A stretch of 36,117 nt of DNA. Origin: Oculatellaceae cyanobacterium bins.114. GTDB lineage: Bacteria; Cyanobacteriota; Cyanobacteriia; Elainellales; Elainellaceae. Position 1 is the stretch's first letter. Every line of letters starts with the position of its first letter. A program made the position numbers and the translations under genes. The notes under the pieces are model-generated. The model had not been told where the DNA came from. It made no database searches and was given only the letters and a program-made list of their open reading frames with translations. The DNA is taken from contig JANRJA010000233.1 of the NCBI GenBank assembly GCA_033764315.1, positions 1-36,117 on the forward strand. Direction: 5' to 3'. Positions 19,567 to 29,536 of this stretch are shown here, in pieces.

Positions 19567-19600
19567 AACAGGGGTGATGGCCATGCCATGCCCCTGTTTT
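19567..19600 (+). terminator. Rho-independent terminator
   Basis: AACAGGGG...CCCCTGTT stem with inner ATGGC/GCCAT pairing, ending in TTTT. Confidence 0.7.
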
Positions 19601-20089
19601 AGGTGTTTGGCTCAACTTGCACGGCTCAGACTTGTAATCTTTCTTAATTTTTGTGATTCAGATTTCCCTCGACCCATTGACTTGTGTTGCTCATCCTCTG
19701 GGTTAATGTCAGCAATGAAGCTGAATTCAGGCTTTGGGGAATCAATCTAGCCCCTAGCTAGATCGCGAGATCGATTCCTAACTTTGAAATAAGCCTTTGC
19801 AATTTGTAATAAATAACGATTCAACGACATAGTATAAACAAAGATGTTGGGAAGGTTACAAAATTTGGATGTGATTTATTAGATATCCAAATAAGCCAAA
19901 CCTCTTAACTTTTTAAGAAATGTAAATTTTTCCAAGCTTCCCTGATGGGAGATCAGGAAACATTTCATTGGTCTCTATCCACTGGTTTTGCCTGTCTCGC
20001 TCTGCCCAAGCAGATTGATTTCTGAGCTTAACCTAGTCTGGTTGCGACCTGAACCACACTCGACTAAACACATTAGGAGATTGAAGTTT

Positions 20090-20608
20090 ATGTTCGACGC
20101 ATTTGCAAAAGTGGTTTCCCAGGCTGATGCACGGGGTGATTACCTCAGCACTTCTCAACTGGATGCCTTAAGCGCAATGGTTGCAGACGGTAACAAGCGG
20201 ATGGACGTTGTCAACCGCATTACTGGTAATTCTTCTGCAATCGTAGCGAATGCAGCTCGTGCGCTGTTTGAAGAGCAGCCTGGGCTGATCGCACCTGGTG
20301 GAAATGCTTACACCAACCGTCGCATGGCAGCTTGCTTGCGCGATATGGAAATCATCCTGCGCTATATCACTTATGCAATCTTTGCTGGTGATTCCAGTGT
20401 TTTAGATGATCGCTGCCTCAACGGTTTGAAAGAGACCTATTTGGCTCTGGGCGTTCCTGGTGGTTCTGTGGCTGTTGGCGTTCAAAAGATGAAGGATGCT
20501 GCTCTGGCGATCGCGGGTGATGCCAACGGTGTTACCAAGGGCGACTGCGCTAGCTTGATGAGTGAAGTCGGTAGCTATTTCGATAAAGCGGCTGCTGCGG
20601 TTGCTTAA
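20090..20608 (+). CDS. cpcB1: C-phycocyanin beta subunit, constitutive (cpc1) type
   Basis: 172 aa from ATG 20090 (AGGAG RBS), [20 protein letters not shown]. Followed by cpcA, cpcE and cpcF with no linkers. Confidence 0.92.
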   Translation: MFDAFAKVVSQADARGDYLSTSQLDALSAMVADGNKRMDVVNRITGNSSAIVANAARALFEEQPGLIAPGGNAYTNRRMAACLRDMEIILRYITYAIFAGDSSVLDDRCLNGLKETYLALGVPGGSVAVGVQKMKDAALAIAGDANGVTKGDCASLMSEVGSYFDKAAAAVA

Positions 20609-20703
20609 GCCATCACTCCATCCTTTCAATCTGAGTCTGGTGACGTTTAGAAATGGTCATCAGACTAGTACGCAAAACAAGATTATTTGGAGATTATCTA
20701 ACC

Positions 20704-21192
20704 ATGAAAACCCCTCTAACCGAAGCAGTTGCTGCTGCTGATTCTCAAGGACGTTTCCTCAGCTCTACTGAAATCCAAGTTGCTTTTGGTCGTTTCCGTC
20801 AAGCATCTGCTAGCTTGCAAGCGGCTAAAGCTCTAACTGAGAAGGCTTCTTCTTTGGCTTCTGGTGCTGCCAATGCGGTGTACAGCAAGTTCCCTTACAC
20901 GACTCAAATGCAAGGCCCTAACTACGCGGCTGATCAGCGTGGTAAGGACAAGTGCGTTCGTGACATCGGTTACTACTTGCGGATGATCACTTACTGCCTC
21001 GTTGTGGGTGGTACTGGTCCTATGGATGACTATTTAATCAGTGGTTTGGCTGAAATCAACCGTACCTTTGATTTGTCTCCTAGCTGGTATGTAGAAGCTC
21101 TCAAGTATGTCAAAGCAAACCACGGTTTGAGCGGCGACCCTGCTGTTGAAGCTAACTCCTACATCGACTACGCCATCAACGCATTAAGCTAG
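20704..21192 (+). CDS. cpcA1: C-phycocyanin alpha subunit, cpc1 type
   Basis: 162 aa from ATG 20704 (GGAG RBS), [13 protein letters not shown]. Confidence 0.92.
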   Translation: MKTPLTEAVAAADSQGRFLSSTEIQVAFGRFRQASASLQAAKALTEKASSLASGAANAVYSKFPYTTQMQGPNYAADQRGKDKCVRDIGYYLRMITYCLVVGGTGPMDDYLISGLAEINRTFDLSPSWYVEALKYVKANHGLSGDPAVEANSYIDYAINALS

Positions 21193-21206
21193 TCGTTGAT
21201 CTGATT

Positions 21207-21274
21207 TACCCGGAAAGGGATGCAATGGCTGACTCAGGTTAGTTGTTGTTTACCTTTCCGGGTATTGTTTTTTT
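21207..21274 (+). terminator. Stem-loop/terminator after cpcA1
   Basis: TACCCGGAAAGG...CCTTTCCGGGTA 12-bp arms followed by a T run. Confidence 0.75.
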
Positions 21275-21302
21275 AAAGCCTAGCCCCTTAAATGAGTAGC
21301 TT

Positions 21303-22130
21303 ATGGATGACGAATCAACGATTCAGAGAGACAGTTCCCTCACCATCGAACAGGCGATCGCCAATCTTCAGGGAGAAGACCTGGGATTGCGCGTGTATGC
21401 TGCCTGGTGGTTGGGACGGTTTCGGGTCGATGCTCCAGAAGCCGTTGATGTGCTAATCGCAGCCCTAGAAGACGAAGACGATCGGACAAATGCGGGGGGG
21501 TATCCTCTTCGTCGAAATGCGGCACGAGCACTGGGTAAACTGGGCGACCATCGGGCTGTCCCGGCATTAATTCGCATTCTCAATTGTTCTGATTTTTATG
21601 TCAGGGAGGCGGCGGCGCAAGCCTTGGAAACGTTAGGAGACAAATCTTGTATTCCTCGGCTGATCGAGTTATTGAAGAATCAGATTCCTGGAACCCTGCC
21701 TGCCCCTGAGCCACCCCAACTGGTGCAACCTTTTGATGCCATTTTGGAGGCATTAGGTACGCTAGGTGCAAGAGATGCCATTCCTGATATCTTGCCCTTT
21801 CTAGATCATGCTGTTCCTCGAATTCAATATGCCGCAGCACGAGCGATGTATCAGCTATCGCCTAACCCTGAACTTGCCAACCCCTATGGCGATCGCTTGG
21901 TGAGAGCACTGGCCCACCCTGACTTGCAACTGCGGCGGACAGTACTGGCAGATCTGGGGGCAATTGGATATTTGCCTGCGGCTGAGGCGATCGCCCAAAC
22001 ACCCGCTGAAAACAGCCTTAAGCTGATTTCTCTCAAGGGAGTGCTAGAGCAGCAATTACGCCTGACTCAACTGCCCCAACTGTCAGAAGGAGCAGTTAAA
22101 GTTATGACTCTAATGGATGACTTGTTGTAG
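21303..22130 (+). CDS. cpcE: Phycocyanin alpha-subunit PCB lyase, E subunit
   Basis: YAAWWLGRFR, GGYPLRRNAARALGKLG, AENSLKLISLKG and MDDLL C-terminus; HEAT repeats. Confidence 0.93.
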   Translation: MDDESTIQRDSSLTIEQAIANLQGEDLGLRVYAAWWLGRFRVDAPEAVDVLIAALEDEDDRTNAGGYPLRRNAARALGKLGDHRAVPALIRILNCSDFYVREAAAQALETLGDKSCIPRLIELLKNQIPGTLPAPEPPQLVQPFDAILEALGTLGARDAIPDILPFLDHAVPRIQYAAARAMYQLSPNPELANPYGDRLVRALAHPDLQLRRTVLADLGAIGYLPAAEAIAQTPAENSLKLISLKGVLEQQLRLTQLPQLSEGAVKVMTLMDDLL

Positions 22131-22178
22131 CAAAACGAGAGAAAATGTAAAGGCTAGCATGACCAGGTTTCACTCCTC

Positions 22179-23000
22179 ATGGCGGATCAACTTTCTTCTC
22201 TGATTCAAGCTGTAGAAAAAGCAGATTCTTCTAGTCTTCTTCTAGAAGCAGTACAAAACTTGGCAGCAGCTCGGTTAGAAGGAGCGATTTCAACCTTAAT
22301 TGCTGCCCTGAGCTACAACAATCCAGGAGCGGCAGTTGCTGCTGTGGATGGGCTAATTCAATTAGGCGAACCAGCGGTGCCAGCTCTGTTAGAGCAACTG
22401 GATCTGCACAACTACACCGCTAGAGCTTGGGCGATCCGTGCTCTAGCTGGCATTGGCGATCCACGGGGATTGGTGACCTTGTTAGGAGCCGCTACGGCTG
22501 ATTTTGCTCTCAGCGTTCGACGGGCCGCCGCTAAAGGGTTAGGCACCATGAAGTGGCACTGGTTTCCAGAGGATCTCTTGGAAATTGCCCAAGAAGAAGC
22601 GTTAGAAGCTTTGCTATTTGTAGCGCAGCAGGATGAAGAATGGGTGGTGCGCTATTCAGCCGTGGTGGGCTTAGAAGCACTGGCAAACGCTGTGCGAACC
22701 ACTTATCCAGAATGGCGATCGCAAATTGATACCCAATTAGAACAGATCTCTGTTAGCGACAGCAGTTGGGCAGTGCGGGCACGCGCTTGTATGGCACAGC
22801 AACAACTCCAGGTAGAAACAGGGGTTCACTCTGACTTGCAAGACCAACCCTCGCCCCTGTCTGCAACAGATTGGCAGATGATTCTGGATAAGTTATATGA
22901 GCGGAAAGGGCAAGAACGGTTGGTGTTAGCAGAAGGCGACCCACGCCGCTATCGAGAATTGGCCTCGTCTATCGCTGCTCAGCCCTCTGGAAACGACTAA
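22179..23000 (+). CDS. cpcF: Phycocyanin alpha-subunit PCB lyase, F subunit, with C-terminal extension
   Basis: YNNPGAAVAAVDGLIQLG, ARAWAIRALAGIGDPRG, DFALSVRRAAAKGLG and EWVVRY. Confidence 0.9.
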   Translation: MADQLSSLIQAVEKADSSSLLLEAVQNLAAARLEGAISTLIAALSYNNPGAAVAAVDGLIQLGEPAVPALLEQLDLHNYTARAWAIRALAGIGDPRGLVTLLGAATADFALSVRRAAAKGLGTMKWHWFPEDLLEIAQEEALEALLFVAQQDEEWVVRYSAVVGLEALANAVRTTYPEWRSQIDTQLEQISVSDSSWAVRARACMAQQQLQVETGVHSDLQDQPSPLSATDWQMILDKLYERKGQERLVLAEGDPRRYRELASSIAAQPSGND

Positions 23001-23229
23001 CCCCTGGCAGCTTTTATTCCACCTGCTAAAAAAATTCCTCCGATGGGTACTTTCCAAAAGAGGGATGAAATTGGCTAGGATCATTAACGATACCTATTGC
23101 ATCGACCACCACTCAATACCAATAGGGTAGCCATTGATGCAATATCATCCCTGAGATGGGCAGTACCCTACTGCCTGAAACAGCTCAACCGTTGCATCAG
23201 TCCCAACCTGAAAAAAAGGAGTACCGCAG

Positions 23230-24315
23230 ATGATTGCTTCAAACTGCCGGGTCGGTATCGTGGGTGCCGGAACATCAGGTGTTTATCTGGCGAGGTTACT
23301 CATTCAGCAAGGCTTTCAAGTCAGTTTGTTTGAAAAAGCATCCCAACCGCGAACCGAAGGATGCGGCATTCTTTTAGTGCAAGCCGGGATGAACGCCCTT
23401 CATCAAGGCGACCCCCACGTTTGTCAAGCGATTATTCAAGCAGGGGTGCCTGTGACTCGGTTTGAGTTCCGCAATTTGCGTGGTGAAATGATCAATGCTG
23501 AGGATGTCACCTATGCGGAGACAGAACTGCCTGGAATACTCGTCCACCGTAGAGCAATTTTAGAAGCCTTGCTGGCAGATCTTCCTGCAAACTGCTTGCA
23601 CAGCAACGCTACCCTGCAATCTGTCACACAGAGCGATCGCCAGGTGACGGCTCACTTTAAAGACGGTAGTCAGTGGGAAGGAGATGTCCTTGTCGGAGCC
23701 GATGGCATTGTCTCAAGAGTTCGTCAGTTTGTTGTGCCCGATGTACCCCTGTGCTATCTGGGCGATCTGGTTTGGCGCGGCGTGGTAGCAGATCGCACCT
23801 TTTGCCCCGATGGTACCTTCATTGTTTATGCACGGGGTCGAGGCATTTACGCCAACTTCTTTGATATGGGAAATGACCGCACCCACTGGGGATTTTTTGT
23901 AGAGCAAGAACAGGAAGACAGTGAGATTGGTTCTCTGGCTCCTCAGGATTCGAGCATTCCCTTAGATGCACTCGCAAAACTGCCGGATGATGCGCGAGCG
24001 GTGATTGAATCGACCCCTCTTGAACAGGTTGTCAGTCGCTATTCCTATGACATTGACCCATTACCCCGACTTTGTGACAAACGCATTGTTTTAATTGGCG
24101 ATGCGGGTCATGCAAAAAGCTCAACGCGAGCCCGAGGCATGACAGCCGGATTTGAAGATGCCGTCTCGTTAATGCGGCACCTGACCACGGAAGAGCAGGT
24201 AGAAACAGCCCTTGTTGCCTTTGAGACAGAGCGATTGCCGATCGTTCATGAATATCAGCGCACCAGTCGCGAAATGAGCCGAACGATTGGTCGGAGTCAT
24301 AAACGGGCCGCTTAG
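23230..24315 (+). CDS. FAD-dependent monooxygenase (group A flavoprotein hydroxylase-like)
   Basis: IVGAGTSG, VGADGIVSRVR (DG motif) and LIGDAGH (GD motif). AAGGAG RBS. Confidence 0.85.
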   Translation: MIASNCRVGIVGAGTSGVYLARLLIQQGFQVSLFEKASQPRTEGCGILLVQAGMNALHQGDPHVCQAIIQAGVPVTRFEFRNLRGEMINAEDVTYAETELPGILVHRRAILEALLADLPANCLHSNATLQSVTQSDRQVTAHFKDGSQWEGDVLVGADGIVSRVRQFVVPDVPLCYLGDLVWRGVVADRTFCPDGTFIVYARGRGIYANFFDMGNDRTHWGFFVEQEQEDSEIGSLAPQDSSIPLDALAKLPDDARAVIESTPLEQVVSRYSYDIDPLPRLCDKRIVLIGDAGHAKSSTRARGMTAGFEDAVSLMRHLTTEEQVETALVAFETERLPIVHEYQRTSREMSRTIGRSHKRAA

Positions 24316-24328
24316 CAGGGATAAGACA

Positions 24329-24901
24329 ATGACTGAATTTCGCTCTACCATACTGCCTTTTTTTACCACTGAAACAGGAGAAGCTTCCATTCGTGGCGTG
24401 ACCTGCAACGACTTTAAGGTGCCGATCGCCTTCTTGAGAAATTGTGGCACCTGGGAAGGCACCGCAAAACGAGTGACAGCTGCCGGAGATTTAATCGACG
24501 AACACTTGGTGCGGGTCGAAATCACGATCGACGGTACTCAGTATGTGCAGACCAATACCGTTCGTATCGATACCCCACGGGAGGTGACGGCTCACTACTT
24601 TGGCACGTTTGAAGACGGAAAATTGGTGTTTCCATTGACGGATGAGGTTTATACGCTGGGGGGCGAAAAAGCCTCTGGCTTCTCAGGAATTGCCTGGGCA
24701 ATCACCGATGAAATGATTGTGTATTGTGGCAGTCGCACCGTGCAGGGGTGTAAGACCCATTACAACGAGTTAATTACTTTGAGCGATCGCGATCCACAAC
24801 ACAACAACGAAACTAACCATCGCATCCGCACCACTCAACTATTTGAAGATGGCATCTATAAGCTAGTGACGATGATTGAAGAAATTAAAGTGGCGAGCTA
24901 A
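24329..24901 (+). CDS. Hypothetical beta-rich protein, calycin/DUF3598-like barrel candidate
   Basis: FLRNCGTWEG motif (GxWxG typical of calycin barrels), alternating beta-strand pattern, RIRTTQLF near the C-terminus. ATG 13 bp after the monooxygenase stop. Confidence 0.65.
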   Translation: MTEFRSTILPFFTTETGEASIRGVTCNDFKVPIAFLRNCGTWEGTAKRVTAAGDLIDEHLVRVEITIDGTQYVQTNTVRIDTPREVTAHYFGTFEDGKLVFPLTDEVYTLGGEKASGFSGIAWAITDEMIVYCGSRTVQGCKTHYNELITLSDRDPQHNNETNHRIRTTQLFEDGIYKLVTMIEEIKVAS

Positions 24902-25133
24902 CTGGCTCTGGTTGCGCTGGTATAACGAAATAGGATCAGGGTTGCTCATTCCTAAAGAACAGCTTTAGGAGCAAGGACAAGTTGAGCAGAAACGGCAACG
25001 GCCAGAACAATGAGCGGGATTGCGAGAGTTAGGCGTTGGTCTAGAGCAGGCGTAGAAGGGCGATCGCTCCCTAATTCAAACTACCTGCTGTCAAGATCGC
25101 CTACCATCAAGAGAGAAGCACAAGTTGGGTTCC

Positions 25134-26171
25134 ATGCAATTTATCGATCAGGCAGAAATTGATGTCAAAGCAGGCGATGGAGGCGACGGAATGGTTGCCT
25201 TTCGTCGAGAGAAGTATGTGCCTGCGGGAGGGCCATCTGGTGGCATTGGGGGAAATGGTGGCTCTGTCATTCTTAAAGCCGTCGAAAATCTGCAAACCCT
25301 ATTGGATTTTCGATATGCCCACAAATTTAAAGCGCAAGATGGGCAGCGAGGTGGGATTAAAAACATGACAGGTGCATCGGGAGACGACCTGATTATCGAG
25401 GTTCCCTGTGGCACCGTTGTTTACGATGCTCAGACCGATGAGCTGTTAGGAGATCTGGTAGCACCCGATCAGATCTTGAAAGTGGCTCAAGGGGGCAAAG
25501 GGGGGTTGGGTAACCGACACTTCCTCAGCAACCGTAACCGTGCTCCAGAACGTGCCCTGCCTGGATTGCCCGGAGAGGAACGGTTGATTCGTTTGGAGCT
25601 AAAGTTGCTAGCCGAAGTGGGGATCATTGGCTTGCCCAATGCCGGAAAGTCAACCCTGATTTCAGCCCTGTCTGCGGCTCGTCCTAAAATTGCTGACTAT
25701 CCGTTTACAACGCTTGTGCCTAACTTGGGCGTTGTTCGCAAACCTACTGGCGATGGTACTGTCTTTGCTGACATTCCAGGGTTGATTGAAGGGGCACATC
25801 TGGGAACAGGACTGGGGCATGATTTTTTACGGCACATTGAGCGCACCCGAATTTTGCTACACCTGATTGACGTGACCCAGGAAGACCCGATCGCCGCTTA
25901 TCACACGATTCAGGCCGAGTTAGAGGCTTATGGACGAGGCTTGGCCGATCGCCCCCAAATTGTGGCCCTCAACAAAATTGATGCGGCTACCTTTGACCCC
26001 GAACGGGTTGAAGCGATCGCTCAAGAGCTTCAAGACCTCACCCACGCTCCTATCTTTAGAATTTCTGCCGTTGCCCGCACTGGGTTGGATCCGTTGTTGC
26101 AGAAAGTGTGGCAATCCTTAGAGGAAGTTCAAACTGAGGCGATCGTGGAATTAGAAGAGGTAGAGGTGTGA
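25134..26171 (+). CDS. obgE: GTPase ObgE/CgtA
   Basis: [48 protein letters not shown] and NKID motifs. Confidence 0.97.
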   Translation: MQFIDQAEIDVKAGDGGDGMVAFRREKYVPAGGPSGGIGGNGGSVILKAVENLQTLLDFRYAHKFKAQDGQRGGIKNMTGASGDDLIIEVPCGTVVYDAQTDELLGDLVAPDQILKVAQGGKGGLGNRHFLSNRNRAPERALPGLPGEERLIRLELKLLAEVGIIGLPNAGKSTLISALSAARPKIADYPFTTLVPNLGVVRKPTGDGTVFADIPGLIEGAHLGTGLGHDFLRHIERTRILLHLIDVTQEDPIAAYHTIQAELEAYGRGLADRPQIVALNKIDAATFDPERVEAIAQELQDLTHAPIFRISAVARTGLDPLLQKVWQSLEEVQTEAIVELEEVEV

Positions 26172-26177
26172 GGGAAA

Positions 26178-26358
<181 letters not shown>

Positions 26359-26396
26359 CATCAAATTTAGAACTCACATTTGAGAACTCAGCCCGC

Positions 26397-26729
26397 TCAA
26401 TCTTCTCTCTCTTGCAGCAATGGCGGTCGCCACAGATATTCGCTGAGGCTAATCTTTCCGGCTTCGTTAAAGTGAATTCCCTCAGCTTCTAGAAGCGATC
26501 GCTGTACGTAATCACTGCCGTTACGCCAGGGTGATTCTGACACTTCGCCTTTGGCATTGATCACGCGATGCCAGGGAATGTCAGAGTCAGGAGCAATTTG
26601 ATATAAGGCATAGCCGACCAGTCGTGCCTGACCCGCCAGATTTGCCAGTGCAGCGACCTGTCCATAGGTCGAGACTTGGCCATAGGGAATCTGGCGCACA
26701 ACGGCGTAGATCTGGTCATAGGTTGACAT
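26397..26729 (-). CDS. MGMT family, alkyltransferase-like (ATL) protein
   Basis: IPYGQVSTYGQVA, ARLVG and PWHRV (Trp in place of the catalytic Cys of PCHR). Confidence 0.9.
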   Translation of the reverse strand: MSTYDQIYAVVRQIPYGQVSTYGQVAALANLAGQARLVGYALYQIAPDSDIPWHRVINAKGEVSESPWRNGSDYVQRSLLEAEGIHFNEAGKISLSEYLWRPPLLQERED

Positions 26730-26934
26730 GGGGAAGGATAAAAGCTGAAGGATAAAGGATAAACCCCGTGTGCGGCTTTCCCCGGATCCCGGTTGCTGTG
26801 ATGCAAATCAGACCACTTTGAGGATGCTGAACGAGCAACCGGGAATCTAAATCTCTAAGTTGCACATCGTGTAAAGGATAAGAGTTAAGACTAAACATTT
26901 AGCCTTGATCTCTTCTCCTTGTATGTCATCGTGC

Positions 26935-28287
26935 TTATTGCTTAACCTGTTCAGAGATTGCTTCAACCTTGCCCCAGTTCTTAGACAGTTCCAACTCAGG
27001 GGTTGAGTTGATCAAACTATCGAGAATCAGGTCGGTGACGTTTGGATCAAAGGCAACTGGAATCTCATCAAAGGCTTGAGTTTTGATAGTTGCCAGTAGC
27101 TCTGGATTGTCTTTCAGAGCTTTTAGCAGTCCTTCAACTCCATCGAGGTGAAACACCTTTACCTGATTTTCGTTGATAGGGGCTTGAGCGGTTTGGAAGT
27201 ACCCTCCAAAGTGAGCCAATGCTTGCTCTAACAAACTTCCTGGGTTCAGTGCAACCAAACCGTCGCTAGTCCGTTCTCGATATTCAAAGTGGAGGTGAGG
27301 GCCGGTGGAGTTGCCAGTGCTACCAACCCGTCCGATGACTTGACCTTGCTCAACCATTTCGCCGGGTTGAACAAAGATCTCAGACATGTGACCATATAGC
27401 GTTTGAGCATCTGGGCTGCTATGGCGCATGACAACAGTTAGACCATAGCCATTCATAAAGTCAGCGATCGCCACTCGTCCAGCATAGGCAGCCAGTACTG
27501 GAATGCCCATTGGTGCACCCAAGTCAGTGCCATAGTGGAACCGCATTGCCCCCGTAATGGGGTGAACACGCCACCCAAAGATTGAGGTGATCGAGGCTGG
27601 CAATGACAGCGGAAAAACCAACCGAGTATTGTTGTTGCCCAACATACCCATTGGACGCTGGGTCAGGTTGTAATAGTTTCTGCCGAGGCCAACGCCATTA
27701 GAACCGAGACGCATCGGCCCCACGTTGACGGAACTGACACTGGTCGGGTTACCACCCAGACCACTGGGATTGGCACACAGACTCGCAGGCACGCTCTGAC
27801 CTTGCTGCAATGTCGTTTGACAGCCAGTAGACCGTTCAGAAAAAACAACCGTAGGACGCTGCCCATAGGCAGGAGTGGCTCCTAAGTTGTAGTCAGTTGT
27901 GTCGATAAAGCGATCGCTTTGAGGAGTCAGGGTTTGAATCTGATCAACCACTGTAGACGGCAGGGCGATCGGGGTTTCTGAAGCTGTTGTAGGATTGGGT
28001 GCTGGAGATGCAGTGGTGGGAGCGGGTCGCTCAATCACAACCGGGTCTGGAGCCGTTGAGGTCGGAGCCACAGGGGCAGCTATGGGAGGCGCAGCAGGGG
28101 TCGCTTCGGCAGGAGCCAACAAGTCTTGCGCACTGGGCACTGCCAGAGAGTCAGTGGGAGCAGTTTGGGCAAAAACCACACCCCCACCCAGCAGGCTAAG
28201 ACCGCTGAGCCAGCTTAGACCCTGCATCAGAAAACGAGGGCTAGTGGACTGATCAGAGGGGCGGATTGAGTCAGGCTTTTGTGTCAT
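26935..28287 (-). CDS. M23 family metallopeptidase
   Basis: Signal-like N-terminus, Pro/Ala/Thr linker, HYGTD, YGH and STGPHLHFE zinc motifs. Confidence 0.9.
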   Translation of the reverse strand: MTQKPDSIRPSDQSTSPRFLMQGLSWLSGLSLLGGGVVFAQTAPTDSLAVPSAQDLLAPAEATPAAPPIAAPVAPTSTAPDPVVIERPAPTTASPAPNPTTASETPIALPSTVVDQIQTLTPQSDRFIDTTDYNLGATPAYGQRPTVVFSERSTGCQTTLQQGQSVPASLCANPSGLGGNPTSVSSVNVGPMRLGSNGVGLGRNYYNLTQRPMGMLGNNNTRLVFPLSLPASITSIFGWRVHPITGAMRFHYGTDLGAPMGIPVLAAYAGRVAIADFMNGYGLTVVMRHSSPDAQTLYGHMSEIFVQPGEMVEQGQVIGRVGSTGNSTGPHLHFEYRERTSDGLVALNPGSLLEQALAHFGGYFQTAQAPINENQVKVFHLDGVEGLLKALKDNPELLATIKTQAFDEIPVAFDPNVTDLILDSLINSTPELELSKNWGKVEAISEQVKQ

Positions 28288-28544
28288 AGCTGCGTCTTTA
28301 CTCGTGAATAGACAAATTTAATGGAAACTAGAGGATTTCAAATAAGCCAAGCTCAAATCAAGCGATCGCGGCATTTAGCGGCATTTAGGCGTCAGCGTTA
28401 TTACACCATTAATCAGGGAGTGCTCTGCATCTACTATGGGATGGATTGTAACCCGTTACTTCATACAAGTGGCTAATCTGATGGGATGATTTCAAATCCC
28501 ACAGAAGGCGATCTCTTGGAGAAACCCCAAACGAGCCGCGCCAG

Positions 28545-29393
28545 CTAGTCTAGTCGTTCCTCGAACCTGTTAGGTTCCCGGTCAGACCACTCATATCCTA
28601 AACGAACCGCGCCCGGTTTGACAGAGATCTCAGCGATCGCTGCCGCTTTCTCTGACGGTTGCAGTCGCACTCGCAACTCTCCACTGCTCGACACTCCAAC
28701 GATTTCACCCAACCCATCATCTAATCGAACGGGTTGTCCGACTCCTGTTAATAAAGCGTGATAGTGAGGCAAGATGGCTTCAATGCCCTGGTGTTGCCAC
28801 TGTTGATAGCCCCCCATAATTCCTTGAAGGGCGATCGCCGCTAGCTTTTCTAGCGAAGCAATGGTGGGTTGAGAGTGCGTTGCCATTACTGTTTGCAAAT
28901 TGATGCCCATTGCTGGCACAGCATTCACCCAGTTCAGCCCAACCCCGACGATCGCCTGACGAATGATGCCCTGGCTGATCCGGGTTTCCGTCAAGATGCC
29001 CCCCAGTTTTCGTCCCTGCACCACCAAATCATTGGGCCACTTCAACTCTACGGGCACCTCATAATGGTTTAATGCGGTTGCTATGCCCCAGGCACTACAG
29101 AGGGTGAGTTGGGCTGCCTGTGTAGCCGCCAAGTGGGGAGTCAGGGCTATAGAGAGGTATAACCCGCCTGGAGACGACTGCCACTGCCGACCCCACTGAC
29201 CTCGACCGCCCCGTTGCTGAAGGGCGATCGCCACTGTCCCTTCATTTGCCCCTTGATCGACCAGTTCCCACAAAGTCTGATTGGTCGAGACAAGGGTGTC
29301 ATATAGGTTGATATTAAAAGCGGTTGCGGGTAACTCAGGTAGACCAGGAATGGAAGTTTGAGTCAGATATTGGGTGAGATGAGCTAGATTCAA
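28545..29393 (-). CDS. birA: Biotin-[acetyl-CoA carboxylase] ligase
   Basis: STN, GRGQWGRQWQS, KWPND, KLGGIL and GVGLN motifs. TTG start is uncertain. Confidence 0.92.
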   Translation of the reverse strand: MNLAHLTQYLTQTSIPGLPELPATAFNINLYDTLVSTNQTLWELVDQGANEGTVAIALQQRGGRGQWGRQWQSSPGGLYLSIALTPHLAATQAAQLTLCSAWGIATALNHYEVPVELKWPNDLVVQGRKLGGILTETRISQGIIRQAIVGVGLNWVNAVPAMGINLQTVMATHSQPTIASLEKLAAIALQGIMGGYQQWQHQGIEAILPHYHALLTGVGQPVRLDDGLGEIVGVSSSGELRVRLQPSEKAAAIAEISVKPGAVRLGYEWSDREPNRFEERLD

Positions 29394-29536
29394 GACATAT
29401 TGGGGGTGAGCATCATTTGAAATAGCATACGGGTTTCAGGCAACTGAATAACCCAATGGGTGAATCAAAAATTAGGAAACCGTGATGAAGTAGTAGTATT
29501 GACTCGCTTTGAAATTGCCCCTTTTTTACCTAAACG

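Noticed and set aside
19607..19624. L-box upstream of cpcB1
   Set aside because: Only one near half site (TTGCACG), with no partner at the 4-bp spacing.
19988..20703. N-terminal extensions of CpcB1 and CpcA1 in the ORF track
   Set aside because: Canonical starts at 20090 and 20704 have RBSs and give the standard 172 and 162 aa lengths.
24951..25107. Short hydrophobic reading frame on the minus strand (LTLAIPLIVLAVAVSAQLVL)
   Set aside because: An in-frame stop separates it from the only ATG and there is no RBS; it may be chance or a remnant.
26760..26796. Group II intron domain V look-alike on the minus strand
   Set aside because: The lower stem does not pair properly, and no other intron domains or reverse transcriptase are present.
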